Shown: positions 54,216 through 63,844 of the stretch, in pieces
Layout: every line of letters begins with the position of its first letter
Numbering within the stretch: position 1 is the stretch's first letter
From: an uncultured Nitrososphaeraceae archaeon
GTDB taxonomy: Archaea > Thermoproteota > Nitrososphaeria > Nitrososphaerales > Nitrososphaeraceae
Direction of reading: 5' to 3'
DNA: 64,000 nucleotides
NCBI GenBank assembly: GCA_963779615.1
Contig: CAVZZA010000005.1
Span: forward strand, 608,001 to 672,000
Position numbers and translations under genes: made by a program
Notes under the pieces: generated by a model
What the model was told of the DNA's origin: nothing
Database searches by the model: none
Seen by the model: the letters and a program-made list of their open reading frames with translations, nothing else

Positions 54216-55155
54216 ATGAAAAAACTAATCTCATGGGTATTGTTAAACTCAGAAGGGGTTACCTTATCAGATAAACTAATATTGTTTTTCATAAAGATTT
54301 TCTATTTAGGTTCAAGAGTCACCCTTAGGATAGTTTTGGGTAAAAGAAGGAGAGACAGAATATATTCAGAGCGGGATCTGGATTTTGGATCATTTTGGAA
54401 CAGATTTTATTTATTTTGGAACAGAGGCAAAAAAAAATCGGCTTTGCTAAGGTTCAAAACGCCTAAATACAAATTTGAGTTTTATTGCAGAAACAACAAG
54501 GATGACTTTAAAATCATGACATTTCACGAGGATGACATACTGGAGCATTTTGCACTTAAGGAAGGGGATGTTGTTGTGGATGTTGGCGCGCATATTGGCC
54601 CCTATACGATAATAGCCTCAAAACGGGTTGGCCCTAATGGCAAGGTAGTTGCCATTGAGGCGGATCCTGACAATTTTAACATATTGACTCGCAATATCCA
54701 CCTCAACAAACTAACAAATGTCGTTGCGTTAAATTATGCCGTATACTCCAGGGAAGAGAAAATTAAGCTGTATTTACCAAGCGGTGGAAAATTCCATGAC
54801 TCATACACAAAATTCAACACCATAATGTCCGACAGGGCACCGGGGGAAGGAAAATTTGTGGAGGTAGCGGCAAACACACTTGATTCCCTTCTGCAATCAA
54901 ATCAGATAAAACAGGAAGATGTGAACTGGATAAAGATTGATGTGGAAGGCGCAGAATATGAAGTACTAAAAGGGAGCAGAAGGCATACTCTCCAATAGCA
55001 AAGACATCGCGCTATTGATTGAGGTGCACAACCTCTCTAGCGGGACTAACCTATACGAGTCCATAAGTAAATTTCTTGGCCCATACAACTTCAAAATAGA
55101 ATTTGAGAAAAAGTATGAGAGCGGCGAAAGGCACATAATCGCTCGCAAGCATTAA
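54216..55155 (+). CDS. FkbM family methyltransferase, paralogue 4, frameshifted at ~54970
   Basis: VDVGAHIG, IKIDVEGAEYEVL; the next frame continues KGAEGILSNSKDIALLIEVH...RHIIARKH* to 55155. Confidence 0.88.
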
Positions 55156-55394
55156 CGTCATACCTTCAGATTTTGAACCTGAAGGAAAAAGGGAATCACA
55201 CTACATCATGCCACACAAAACCAAAAAAACATACAAGGTATGGGATATGAAAACATTCCAAAAAATGTATTGATGCGAGTCAACCTCCCCTAAACAAAAG
55301 AGTTGATGCTCTTTTAGTAACTTGCTTTATCTGCACAACCATTATTTCCAAAGCGAACCATATAAAAAGCGGCAACAAGGATGGAGGGAATACA

Positions 55395-57014
55395 CTAATC
55401 AGGCTCGGTATGTATTATTACTCTTGAAGCCCCGGTATTTTTCAAAATGAGATCCTGGATATTGGTTGCTATTTGATGCGCCTTCTCTACGGATAACTCC
55501 TCATTCTCCAGAGTGTTCTCTTTGTTGGTGTTTCTATCCATTTTGACATAGGAGGGACTCAACTTTATGGTGAGAGTGATGTGGACCTCATTGCCGGCAA
55601 ACACCAGGGCAACATTTTTGCAATCAGAAACACCGTTTACCGACAATGCGATATTTTTTATCTTATCGTAAAATGACTGGTCTGTCTTTTCCTCTTTACC
55701 AACCGATTTTTCAATATCCACCTCTGTCTCCATATGGGTGGTTATGTCTCTTATAGTTGAAATCTCACTCTGAATTTTCCTCTCAAAATCATCAACAATG
55801 TTATGGGCTGTTTTTAGGTTCAGAGTGCTGTCTATCTGAACGTCAAGATAAAGATGCAAAAGTTTAGATGAATCCTCACCATCATGTTCTTGCTTTTCAG
55901 TGGGGTTTACAGAATTTTGCTCAAATGGCGCGGCAAGATAAATTGAATGGATGTTTTTAATGGCAGGGTATTCTGTGGCTATTAACCGTATCTTGTCTTT
56001 TATTGTTTCTGTCAGATTATCCTGAACTGCATCAACATGGACTACAACATCAGAATTTGGCAGTATTTCATCTTTTATTTTATTCTCCACACTCGTTGCT
56101 ATTTTATGTGCCCTGTCATGAGTAAATATCCTCGGGACTTCTATATGCAGGTCAACAAAGGTTTCAGAACCCACCTTTCTTACACGAACGCTATGGGCAT
56201 TTTTTACCCCCTCAAATCCGGTCACGGACTCTAGTATATGCCCCTGAATGCCTTTAGGGGCTTTATCCAAAAGCACATCCAATGTCCTTCTCCCCAAACC
56301 CAGAGAGGAATAAACAATTACACCTGCCACTGTGATTGCGGCGTAGGAATCTGCGTTAGGAACGTTAAAAAGATAGACAATAACCAAACCGACAAGCACT
56401 ACACCCGAGGTTAGCATATCCGCCTTAAAATGCAACGCATCAGCCTCCAGTGCTTGGCTTCCATATTTTCGGGCGATCCTGTAGAGGGATTTTTGGCGGC
56501 CAAAGTCCACAGCAATCGAAACTATCATTATGGCAAAAGAGAAAACAGTTATTTCGGGTACGCTATGGACAAAAAAGATGCGTTCTATCCCCTCGTAGAA
56601 TATCCATCCGGCAACTGCAAACAAAAGGATCGTTTCTGCCAAGCTAGTCAGACTTTCAAATTTGGCATACCCATAATTATGGTCCAGATCCGGTGGCCTT
56701 ATGGCCATCCTTATTGCGTAAAGGGTCATAATTGCAGCTATTATATCCAATCCGGAATGCAAGGCTTCAGACAAAATTGCAAGGCTTCCAGTCACCATAG
56801 CCACAATGAATTTTGAAAGTGCAAGGGCTGCAGAGGCTATGATTGAAACTACAGCCACCCGTGTCTTTTCCCTGTGTTTCTCCTTTAGGGTAGTAACGCC
56901 ATCAAGCGATTTATTTACATTTCTATCCTTGTCAAAAGGGTGATCATCACTACCATTACCACCATCATTACCGTTTCGTGACTTTTTAGAATGACTATCC
57001 TTTCCCTTTACCAC
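55395..57014 (-). CDS. cation diffusion facilitator (FieF-like) with three C-terminal ZT_dimer domains
   Basis: SEALHSGLD, PPDLDHNYGYAKFESL, ADALHFKAD; three repeats ending HVD, HME, HTEP. Confidence 0.92.
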   Translation of the reverse strand: MVKGKDSHSKKSRNGNDGGNGSDDHPFDKDRNVNKSLDGVTTLKEKHREKTRVAVVSIIASAALALSKFIVAMVTGSLAILSEALHSGLDIIAAIMTLYAIRMAIRPPDLDHNYGYAKFESLTSLAETILLFAVAGWIFYEGIERIFFVHSVPEITVFSFAIMIVSIAVDFGRQKSLYRIARKYGSQALEADALHFKADMLTSGVVLVGLVIVYLFNVPNADSYAAITVAGVIVYSSLGLGRRTLDVLLDKAPKGIQGHILESVTGFEGVKNAHSVRVRKVGSETFVDLHIEVPRIFTHDRAHKIATSVENKIKDEILPNSDVVVHVDAVQDNLTETIKDKIRLIATEYPAIKNIHSIYLAAPFEQNSVNPTEKQEHDGEDSSKLLHLYLDVQIDSTLNLKTAHNIVDDFERKIQSEISTIRDITTHMETEVDIEKSVGKEEKTDQSFYDKIKNIALSVNGVSDCKNVALVFAGNEVHITLTIKLSPSYVKMDRNTNKENTLENEELSVEKAHQIATNIQDLILKNTGASRVIIHTEPD

Positions 57015-57309
57015 TAATGCAAATAAAATAGAGATTTGTCATATATAATGGATTTGAAATGAATGGAGTCTGAATTTTTTAATGTTGTTTTGATGAAACA
57101 GTTCAGAAATACAATCTATTAAAAGTTGTAGTTCCAAATCGGCGTTTTTGCATCAAATCATTCTTGCATTTTAAAATCAATATTCTGCAAATAATTGCAG
57201 AAAATCAAGATAAATTGTAATAATATCAAACATCGCCCCACATAACCTAAAATTAAAATCCCTAACAAAATTGATTTATACCATAAAGTTGAATGGTATT
57301 ATTACTCTT

Positions 57310-57453
57310 ATGTGCGACTTCACAGACTATGGGATTGCAGAAGATAAACTAAGAATGAAGAAGAGAATCAGTGAAGAAGAGGAAAACTGGGATACAGAAC
57401 CTGAGCTTGAAAAAGTACAGGAAGAAAACGAACACATCATAATTACCCAGTAA
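57310..57453 (+). CDS. small acidic hypothetical protein (47 aa)
   Basis: MCDFTDYGIAEDKLRMKKRISEEEENWDTEPELEKVQEENEHIIITQ*; ATTTATA box ~30 nt upstream. Confidence 0.5.
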   Translation: MCDFTDYGIAEDKLRMKKRISEEEENWDTEPELEKVQEENEHIIITQ

Positions 57454-57758
57454 ACCTTATAGAGACATGGCAAAAAATTGACTTCAAAAACATACAAAAA
57501 AAACAACTCACTTTTTTTCTTTCAAAAAAACAAGAGGAGTGAAAAAAAAGAAATGGAAACTGATTTCACACATATTTTCAATTTCCGTGCAACAATGCAC
57601 ACACAAATAGTAATAGACTCATTAAAGCACTGGGGAGCATTTGGAAAAGTTAAAGTCAGGAAATGAGTGACCAGAGAGTAGGAGTAATGACGCAATTGGC
57701 CTTTGCCCCATAAGTTAAGAATTAATATATCCCCATACAACCCTTTTTTCGATAAAAT

Positions 57759-58577
57759 ATGTCTTTAAAGTTAAAGTTAAAACATATTTTTATCATATCA
57801 ATCATAATCATCTCAAGTGTCCCAGCCAGCACTACCACCCCCATCATTACCGCTTTCATCCCACCAACAAAACAGGCAGGCCATGCTGATGCTGATGCTG
57901 ATGCTGCCGCCACGGCCTTTGCTCTTTCTGATGATGAAAGGTATAATTCAGGATATGATCATGGGTGCTCTGATGCCAACGCAGAAGATCATCCATATCT
58001 GGACAACAGTGGTGGCAAAAGTAGCCACACAGCCATATTTATGCAGGGGTACAATGATGGCTACAGCGAATGCCAGGACAAGGATTCAAAAACAAACAGC
58101 GATAATGGCGTTTCTGATTCACATGCAAACAGCACAGATTCAGAACCAGGTGGCAAGGCCCTTTTATCCAAGCAAAATGAAAATACTGATTCACCATCTT
58201 CACCTAACTCTACTTCTTTTCATGCCATAGATTTCCTAAAAAGCCATTCTAAAATATTTGGTTTAATTATTTTATCCTTGGGTTTATTTTTGTCTGTGCT
58301 TGGCCTCGTTGCGTTTAGAAGGCGAAATAAAAGAAAAAAATCTAGGGAAAGAAAGGGCTTTCCCAACCATGTTAAGCAAAACATCTTAAGAAAACAGGAT
58401 CACAAATGCGCTCACTGCAGAAGGATACTAAATGTGGTAGACTGGGACCATAAAAACGGGGACAGGTCAAACAACCATGAAAACAACTGCCAGGCATTGT
58501 GCCCAAACTGCCATGCAATAAAGACCAGGAAGGAACAGGGCAAAAGAGGTAGCGTTGTCAAGAAGGAACTTTTTTAA
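57759..58577 (+). CDS. single-pass membrane protein with extracellular domain and C-terminal HNH endonuclease domain
   Basis: Signal peptide; YNSGYDHGCSDA...FMQGYNDGYSEC; TM IFGLIILSLGLFLSVLGLVAF followed by RRRNKRKK; CAHC...DHKNGDRSNN...NCQALCPNCHAIKT. Confidence 0.85.
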   Translation: MSLKLKLKHIFIISIIIISSVPASTTTPIITAFIPPTKQAGHADADADAAATAFALSDDERYNSGYDHGCSDANAEDHPYLDNSGGKSSHTAIFMQGYNDGYSECQDKDSKTNSDNGVSDSHANSTDSEPGGKALLSKQNENTDSPSSPNSTSFHAIDFLKSHSKIFGLIILSLGLFLSVLGLVAFRRRNKRKKSRERKGFPNHVKQNILRKQDHKCAHCRRILNVVDWDHKNGDRSNNHENNCQALCPNCHAIKTRKEQGKRGSVVKKELF

Positions 58578-59321
58578 GTTTATGTTTTTCTCCATCTCTT
58601 TTATCGCCATTTTTTTATCAGACAGGTGAAAAAAGATAAGCAAACATACGAGATGGCATGTATAGGTTTTTAATTCTTTTTTTAAATGTTGATAAAAACT
58701 AAGCATTTTTTTGGGAATGAGCGTTCCTTTATGGTATATTTAGGGTCGGTCCATAAAAAAGTAAATTTAATTTCCAATCTAAGCGGATTAGAAAGATTCT
58801 CAGAACAGTATTAGTAACAATAGGGCAAAATGAATATTTGTAGCAATTAACAATTTGATTACTGCATAGAACAGAAAAGTGGATGTTAACGAATGATGAT
58901 GAATTCCTCAAACCCAAAAGCAGTAGATCATGATATGCCACTGGCAAAGCATCTATTGTTTGCCCCTCATAACAAAAGCTCTTAATAACCCGTGTACAGT
59001 TTTTCAAAGGTGAAGAGCCTTGAAAAAAGTAACTGATTTTTAATTTTGAGCACAGTAGTTACAAAAATCCAAACGAAAACTTTAGGTCAGTCATCCTTAA
59101 TTTAACAATACTAAATGTTTTGGATTTGCAAAAAACCTCATCACTAGATTAAAACAAACAGTTAAAGGCTAAATTGACAAAACAATTTACAATCAGCTAT
59201 TCTATACTCTTGGAAAAGACTATAATCGCGATGCTGGACCCGCATGAATTTTACAACAATTTTAAATATGCATAATCAACTGACATCCTAAAAAAAAGAA
59301 AGAAATGTTTATTTTCCCAAT

Positions 59322-59343
59322 TTGAATGGATATATCCATTCAA
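59322..59343. terminator. perfect 22-bp palindrome 3' of Q/N-rich gene 1 (terminator, stabiliser or operator)
   Basis: TTGAATGGATATATCCATTCAA; followed by a T-tract on the minus strand; second copy at 60068-60091. Confidence 0.5.
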
Positions 59344-59369
59344 GTCTACAGATATATTTTCCGGTTTAC

Positions 59370-59719
59370 TTAGCCTGTTGAGTTTGTTGAGTTTGCCGCT
59401 AACTGCTGATGCTGCTAGGTTGTCGCTCTGGTCATTGAACCCTTTTGCGTCGTTGTCTTCGCCGGCTATCTGTTGGCCTTCATTGGATTGTTGACAGCTC
59501 GTCACCCCTATAACATTCGTTGTCTTGGCTTAAGTGTTGATTTACACGTTTGGATTGTGAATCTTTTTGAATGCTTTGTTTAAGGTCTGATGTATTTTTG
59601 TCTTTTTTGTGGTCGTCATTGCCCTTGTCTGCAAATGACTGCATTGGCGTTATGCTAGTTCCAAGGACTAGTAATGATGTTATTACTGCTATTGCTAATA
59701 AACTCTTTGTATTGCTCAT
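59370..59719 (-). CDS. small secreted Q/N-rich protein, paralogue 1 (two apparent frameshifts)
   Basis: MSNTKSLLAIAVITSLLVLGTSITPMQSFA signal; NQHLSQDNECYRGD / CQQSNEGQQIAGEDNDAKGFNDQSDN; terminal ANSTNSTG* in a shifted frame, with stop context TAAGTAAACC shared with paralogue 2. Confidence 0.75.
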
Positions 59720-60067
59720 ACTTGAGACTAACGTGAGCCTTATAGTATATTTAGAATAGGTATATTAAAAACGTGGTTTTGTTTGTTATCAATTAACAAT
59801 AAGAATACCAACACAATTTTGCCAATATCAATAGCATTAAGTGAACAGCCGAATAAATGAAACTGACAAATCGTAAATAAAAGCATTATATAAATTTGCG
59901 CTATATTGTACGCAACTAATTATTCACAGATTGTCCTTTGTTAAATCAAGTTTACCGTCGTGGAGACTTTCTCCCCCTTCCGGCAGATGTTAAAATGACT
60001 AAAAATCCAAGAAGAGCAGAAACCAAAATGAAAAAAAATAAAAAGAAAGAAATAGAAATACATCTAC

Positions 60068-60091
60068 CTTGAATGGATACATCCATTCAAG
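60068..60091. terminator. 24-bp palindrome 3' of Q/N-rich gene 2
   Basis: CTTGAATGGAT-AC-ATCCATTCAAG (11-bp arms), followed by a T-tract on the minus strand. Confidence 0.5.
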
Positions 60092-60118
60092 TTTGTTGCT
60101 ATTTTTTTAGGGGTTTAC

Positions 60119-60448
60119 TTAACTTGTAGAGTTTGTTGCGTTGAATGATGCTTCGAGGTTGTCGCTTTGGTCATTGAACCCTTTTGCGTCATTGTCTTCA
60201 CCGGCTATCTGTTGGCCCTGGTTTGCTTGTTCGGCGCCATTGCTTCGGTATGCAAAGTTGTCCTGGTCCATGTGTTGGTTTGCGCTCTTTTTGTCTATTT
60301 GAGATTTTGCACTTATGGATGATTTGAAGTCCTTGGTTTTTTTGTGGTCGTCTCCGCCTGCAAAGGATTTCATCTGGACTAAACTTGTTCCCATAACTAG
60401 TAATGATGTTATGGCTGCAATCATTAACATTTTGTTTGTATTGTTCAT
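60119..60448 (-). CDS. small secreted Q/N-rich protein, paralogue 2
   Basis: Signal peptide ...MGTSLVQMKSFA; NQHMDQDNFAYRSNGAEQANQGQQIAGEDNDAKGFNDQSDN. Confidence 0.85.
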   Translation of the reverse strand: MNNTNKMLMIAAITSLLVMGTSLVQMKSFAGGDDHKKTKDFKSSISAKSQIDKKSANQHMDQDNFAYRSNGAEQANQGQQIAGEDNDAKGFNDQSDNLEASFNATNSTS

Positions 60449-60510
60449 ACTTGGAATTCAGATGCATTTGATGGTATATCTAAGATTAGTCTGTTCATTC
60501 TCGATGTTAA

Positions 60511-60528
60511 TTTTAAGTTTATCAACCT
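60511..60528 (-). promoter_or_regulatory. conserved upstream motif AGGTKGATAAAYYYAAAA, 80 nt before paralogue 2 ATG
   Basis: AGGTTGATAAACTTAAAA on the minus strand; same spacing as the copies at 61800 and 63765. Confidence 0.6.
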
Positions 60529-61214
60529 AAAAAAATCAGCATAACATTATCACAAAACCTTATTAACGAAGGCTAATGAATATAGACTTTTAAATAATGA
60601 TGAGTATTCATCATATTACGAAATATGCCCTTATCCAGTTAAGTCATCGATTGAACATATTCAAAATTCAAAAACAAAAAGGTAAAACAAATACTTGAAG
60701 CGGATTTATTTTTTGGCATGTAACCCTTTTTATAATAAATTAGTAGTATTAATACACCCTTGAATGATTCCTAAATATATAAAGTCACAAAGTGAATTTA
60801 AACATATTGCCAACTCTTCATGAGAAAAACTTTTTCATTACACTTGCTATCAATTATACGAAATAAAGTTAAAAAACAAAGTTGCCAACACCGAATCAGT
60901 TAACAAAACATGGATTATTCGGGAGAAGGGGTAAGAAAAGGTTTAACCATAAAATGCAAACACTATTTTTGAGTTTTTTTAAGTTGATTACCACATATTA
61001 AATAACAAATCAGGAAATCGCAAAATAGATGGCAAAAAGGTGATCTTGTGAATGTCAATTAATTTTTTACAATACATTAAAAAAAATTAACAGTTTTCGA
61101 CAAGACTTGGCTTTAACTTTGCTTATTATGAGCTTTCTTCGAGGAACAATGGCAGAGGCCAAAAAAAAAGAGAAGCAATGACCAAATGCACTGAAACATC
61201 TATGTGGTGGAACA

Positions 61215-61676
61215 TCAAGCGGTGGGGTTACTGATATTTGCGGCTACAATAGGACTTGCGATGTCATCGTATGTGACAGTGCAAACCTTTGTTTGGCCAT
61301 TACCAATAACACCTGAGCAATCGGATGAATAGGTAACGGTGTACCCATCTACCGGATAGTCCGAATCTGATGTCACTTTATAATTTCCGGCATCAAAGCT
61401 ATTTTGTGAATTTCCTTCCTCATCACCAGAAGAGCACTGCAGGCTTGAGCTGTCTTCATTTGATGTATCAATACAATTGGAGAAATCAGAGGCTTCTTTA
61501 GTTCCACCATTGTCATTGATGACGTGTGTTGTAATTCGCAGGGTTCCAACGGAGGACTCAAAGTCTTGGGCATGTGCAGGCATACAGGATGTAGAGATCA
61601 ACAGGCAAAAGATCGGTATGGCAATTGCCATAGCCGTTCTTGAAAAACTATCCCTTATGGCAAGTAAATTTTTCAT
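61215..61676 (-). CDS. secreted protein with SpaA/prealbumin-like (Ig-like) domain
   Basis: Signal peptide; GTLRITTHVINDNGGTKEASDF, GNYKVT, GYTVTYSSDCSGVIGNGQTKVCTVTYDD. Confidence 0.75.
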   Translation of the reverse strand: MKNLLAIRDSFSRTAMAIAIPIFCLLISTSCMPAHAQDFESSVGTLRITTHVINDNGGTKEASDFSNCIDTSNEDSSSLQCSSGDEEGNSQNSFDAGNYKVTSDSDYPVDGYTVTYSSDCSGVIGNGQTKVCTVTYDDIASPIVAANISNPTA

Positions 61677-61799
61677 AACGTTATCCCATCACAGGACTCT
61701 AAAAACGTGACGCATTAATTCATTTGATAAATAAACTGTAAAAATTACACTGAACATTCCTTTTAAAGTATTTTGTGTTAATGTTACACTAATCTTTTC

Positions 61800-61817
61800 A
61801 GGTGGATAAATCCAAAA
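61800..61817 (+). promoter_or_regulatory. conserved upstream motif, 80 nt before paralogue 3 ATG
   Basis: AGGTGGATAAATCCAAAA; TATA TTTTAAATATA at ~61843. Confidence 0.6.
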
Positions 61818-61879
61818 TTAGCATAGGGAATAAAAAGACCCATTTTAAATATACTATAATGTGCCTATGAATTGCAAGT

Positions 61880-62194
61880 ATGAACAATACAAGAAATTTG
61901 TTATTGATAACCATAGTCACAGCAACACTGGTTATGGGGACAAGCGTCATCCCAATGCAGTCATACGCAGACCAACATAAAAAAACTGGTGACTTCAAAT
62001 CATCAATAAAGGCAAGTTTTGATTCAGACAAAAGGAGCGCAAGCCAACACATGGACCAGGACAACTTCTGCTACAGAAGTGACAATTGCAACCAAGCCAA
62101 CCAGGGACAGCAAGTAGTGGGCGAAGACAACGACGCAAAAGGGTTCAATGACCAGAGCGACAACATCGCTTTAGCAAATACAACAGACACATAA
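61880..62194 (+). CDS. small secreted Q/N-rich protein, paralogue 3
   Basis: Signal ...MGTSVIPMQSYA; SQHMDQDNFCYRSDNCNQANQGQQVVGEDNDAKGFNDQSDN. Confidence 0.85.
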   Translation: MNNTRNLLLITIVTATLVMGTSVIPMQSYADQHKKTGDFKSSIKASFDSDKRSASQHMDQDNFCYRSDNCNQANQGQQVVGEDNDAKGFNDQSDNIALANTTDT

Positions 62195-62754
62195 ACATAA
62201 AAACACATAAAAACATAATCTTTTTTTGCCAGCATATTTTTTATTTTGTATCAATTCAAACCATCAATAAAATTTAAAAACATTGCCAAATCTTTTGAAA
62301 AACCAGATAAAGAATTAAATAAAATCTATGCAATCATGAGTGTAACTAATTTAATCCAACGTACATTGATAACACATCATTCAAATCCCCTTTACCAGCC
62401 AACATAACAATCAATTGAAAACCGCACCAGTATACCATTCTGCATTATACCGCAATCCTGTTTAACCAAATGATAATGCAAACAAGTTTAGAAATAAAAA
62501 TTCACTTTTAACTACACAACTTACACACAAATTCCTTCATCATCAAATATACCATATTACTCAGCCATAGAACATGATGACTGAGTGGTTTAGAACACAC
62601 CGGCCAGCATATTCTGTAATCCTATGCAAAATACACACAATCCCATTAATGCGCATAGGTTTCCCATTATAGCATTAACATGTAAAAAAGACATGGCCAT
62701 CATGCTAAACTATTACAGAAAGCACAGGACACATAAATTTGTAGATAATATTAA

Positions 62755-63710
62755 AAACCTATCCCAAAATTCGATAGGATTATAGCTAGTTGTAATTATC
62801 GCCAATCTGTGATCTGTATCCATAAGGTGGATAAAATAAATGGTGGAAAGGATAATCGTACCATCATAACCATTCCAGACAAGTTGTGGAATGAAATTGG
62901 GAATATCCTACCCAAAGAGAAACCATTTAAAACTGTAGGCCGGCCAATTGTGCCATTTAGAAAAGTGCTTGACGGAATCCTTTACATTCTGAGAACAGGA
63001 TGTCAGTGGAAATGCTTCCAAAAGAATATGGCTCAGGCTCCACCTGTCACAGAAGATTCCAGCAATGGGTTGGTTTGGATGTCTTCAAAAAGACATGGAT
63101 GAGATTACTGACAACCTATGATAAAATCGTTGGTATCAACTGGACATGGCAATCACTTGATTCCATATCCATAAAGTCGCCTTTGGGGGGGCAATGACCG
63201 GAAACAATCCCACAGACAGAGGCAAACTGGGCACAAAAAGACACATTCTGACATACAAGAAAGGCATCCCGCTGTCTGCGGTCATATCTTCTGCCAGTAC
63301 CCATGACATTAAGCTGGTAACAAATGTGGTTGATAGCATTGTTATCAAGCAACGACGACCGTCATCATATGAGCCTAAATCAGGAAGAGGAAAACTGCAA
63401 CAGCATCTATGTCTTGACAAGGCATACAATTCTGAACCTGAGGAACAGGAACTAATCAAACGGGGGTATGTATTGCACATGCCACACAAGAGAAAGAAAG
63501 GAGAAGCAGCTGATGAACAAAAAACAAAAGTGGCACCACATCATAAAAAACATTCTCCCAAGAGATGGGTTGTGGAGAGAACAAACTCATGGCACAACAG
63601 GTTTCGAAAACTGTTCACACGATATGAAAAGAAGGTTGAGAGCTATCTGGGGTTGGTACAGTTCTCATGTTGTATAATCACCTATAGAAATATAATTTTG
63701 GGATAGGCTC
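62755..63710 (+). mobile_element. IS5 family insertion sequence, second copy of the 37556 type
   Basis: Left end AAACCTATCCCAAAATT, right end AATTTTGGGATAGGCTC, TAA target duplication; ORFs 62809..63102, 63000..63197 and 63194..63706 carry [34 protein letters not shown]. Confidence 0.9.
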
Positions 63711-63764
63711 TAAATAGAAGATTGAAAATTAAATTGGTAGTGTTAATGTTATATTGATTTTTTT

Positions 63765-63782
63765 AGGTGGATAAACCCAAAA
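63765..63782 (+). promoter_or_regulatory. conserved upstream motif, 80 nt before paralogue 4 ATG
   Basis: AGGTGGATAAACCCAAAA. Confidence 0.55.
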
Positions 63783-63844
63783 AGACAATCTAGTATTAAT
63801 AAACATACTTCATATATATGAATAAATGTAACTCAATTGCAATT

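Noticed and set aside
33042-55155. Diversity-generating retroelement explaining the near-identical tracts
   Set aside because: No reverse transcriptase is present, the mismatches are mostly silent and not adenine-specific, and both copies are coding.
59950-59995. GC-rich stem (GGAGA-AAG-TCTCC within CCG...CGG on the minus strand) as a small RNA or IS200/IS605 end
   Set aside because: Only a 5-bp core stem, single copy, and no tnpA/tnpB nearby.
59370-62194. Q/N paralogues as RiPP precursors
   Set aside because: They have Sec-type signal peptides and a conserved rather than variable core, and no modifying enzymes or peptidase-ABC exporter are nearby.
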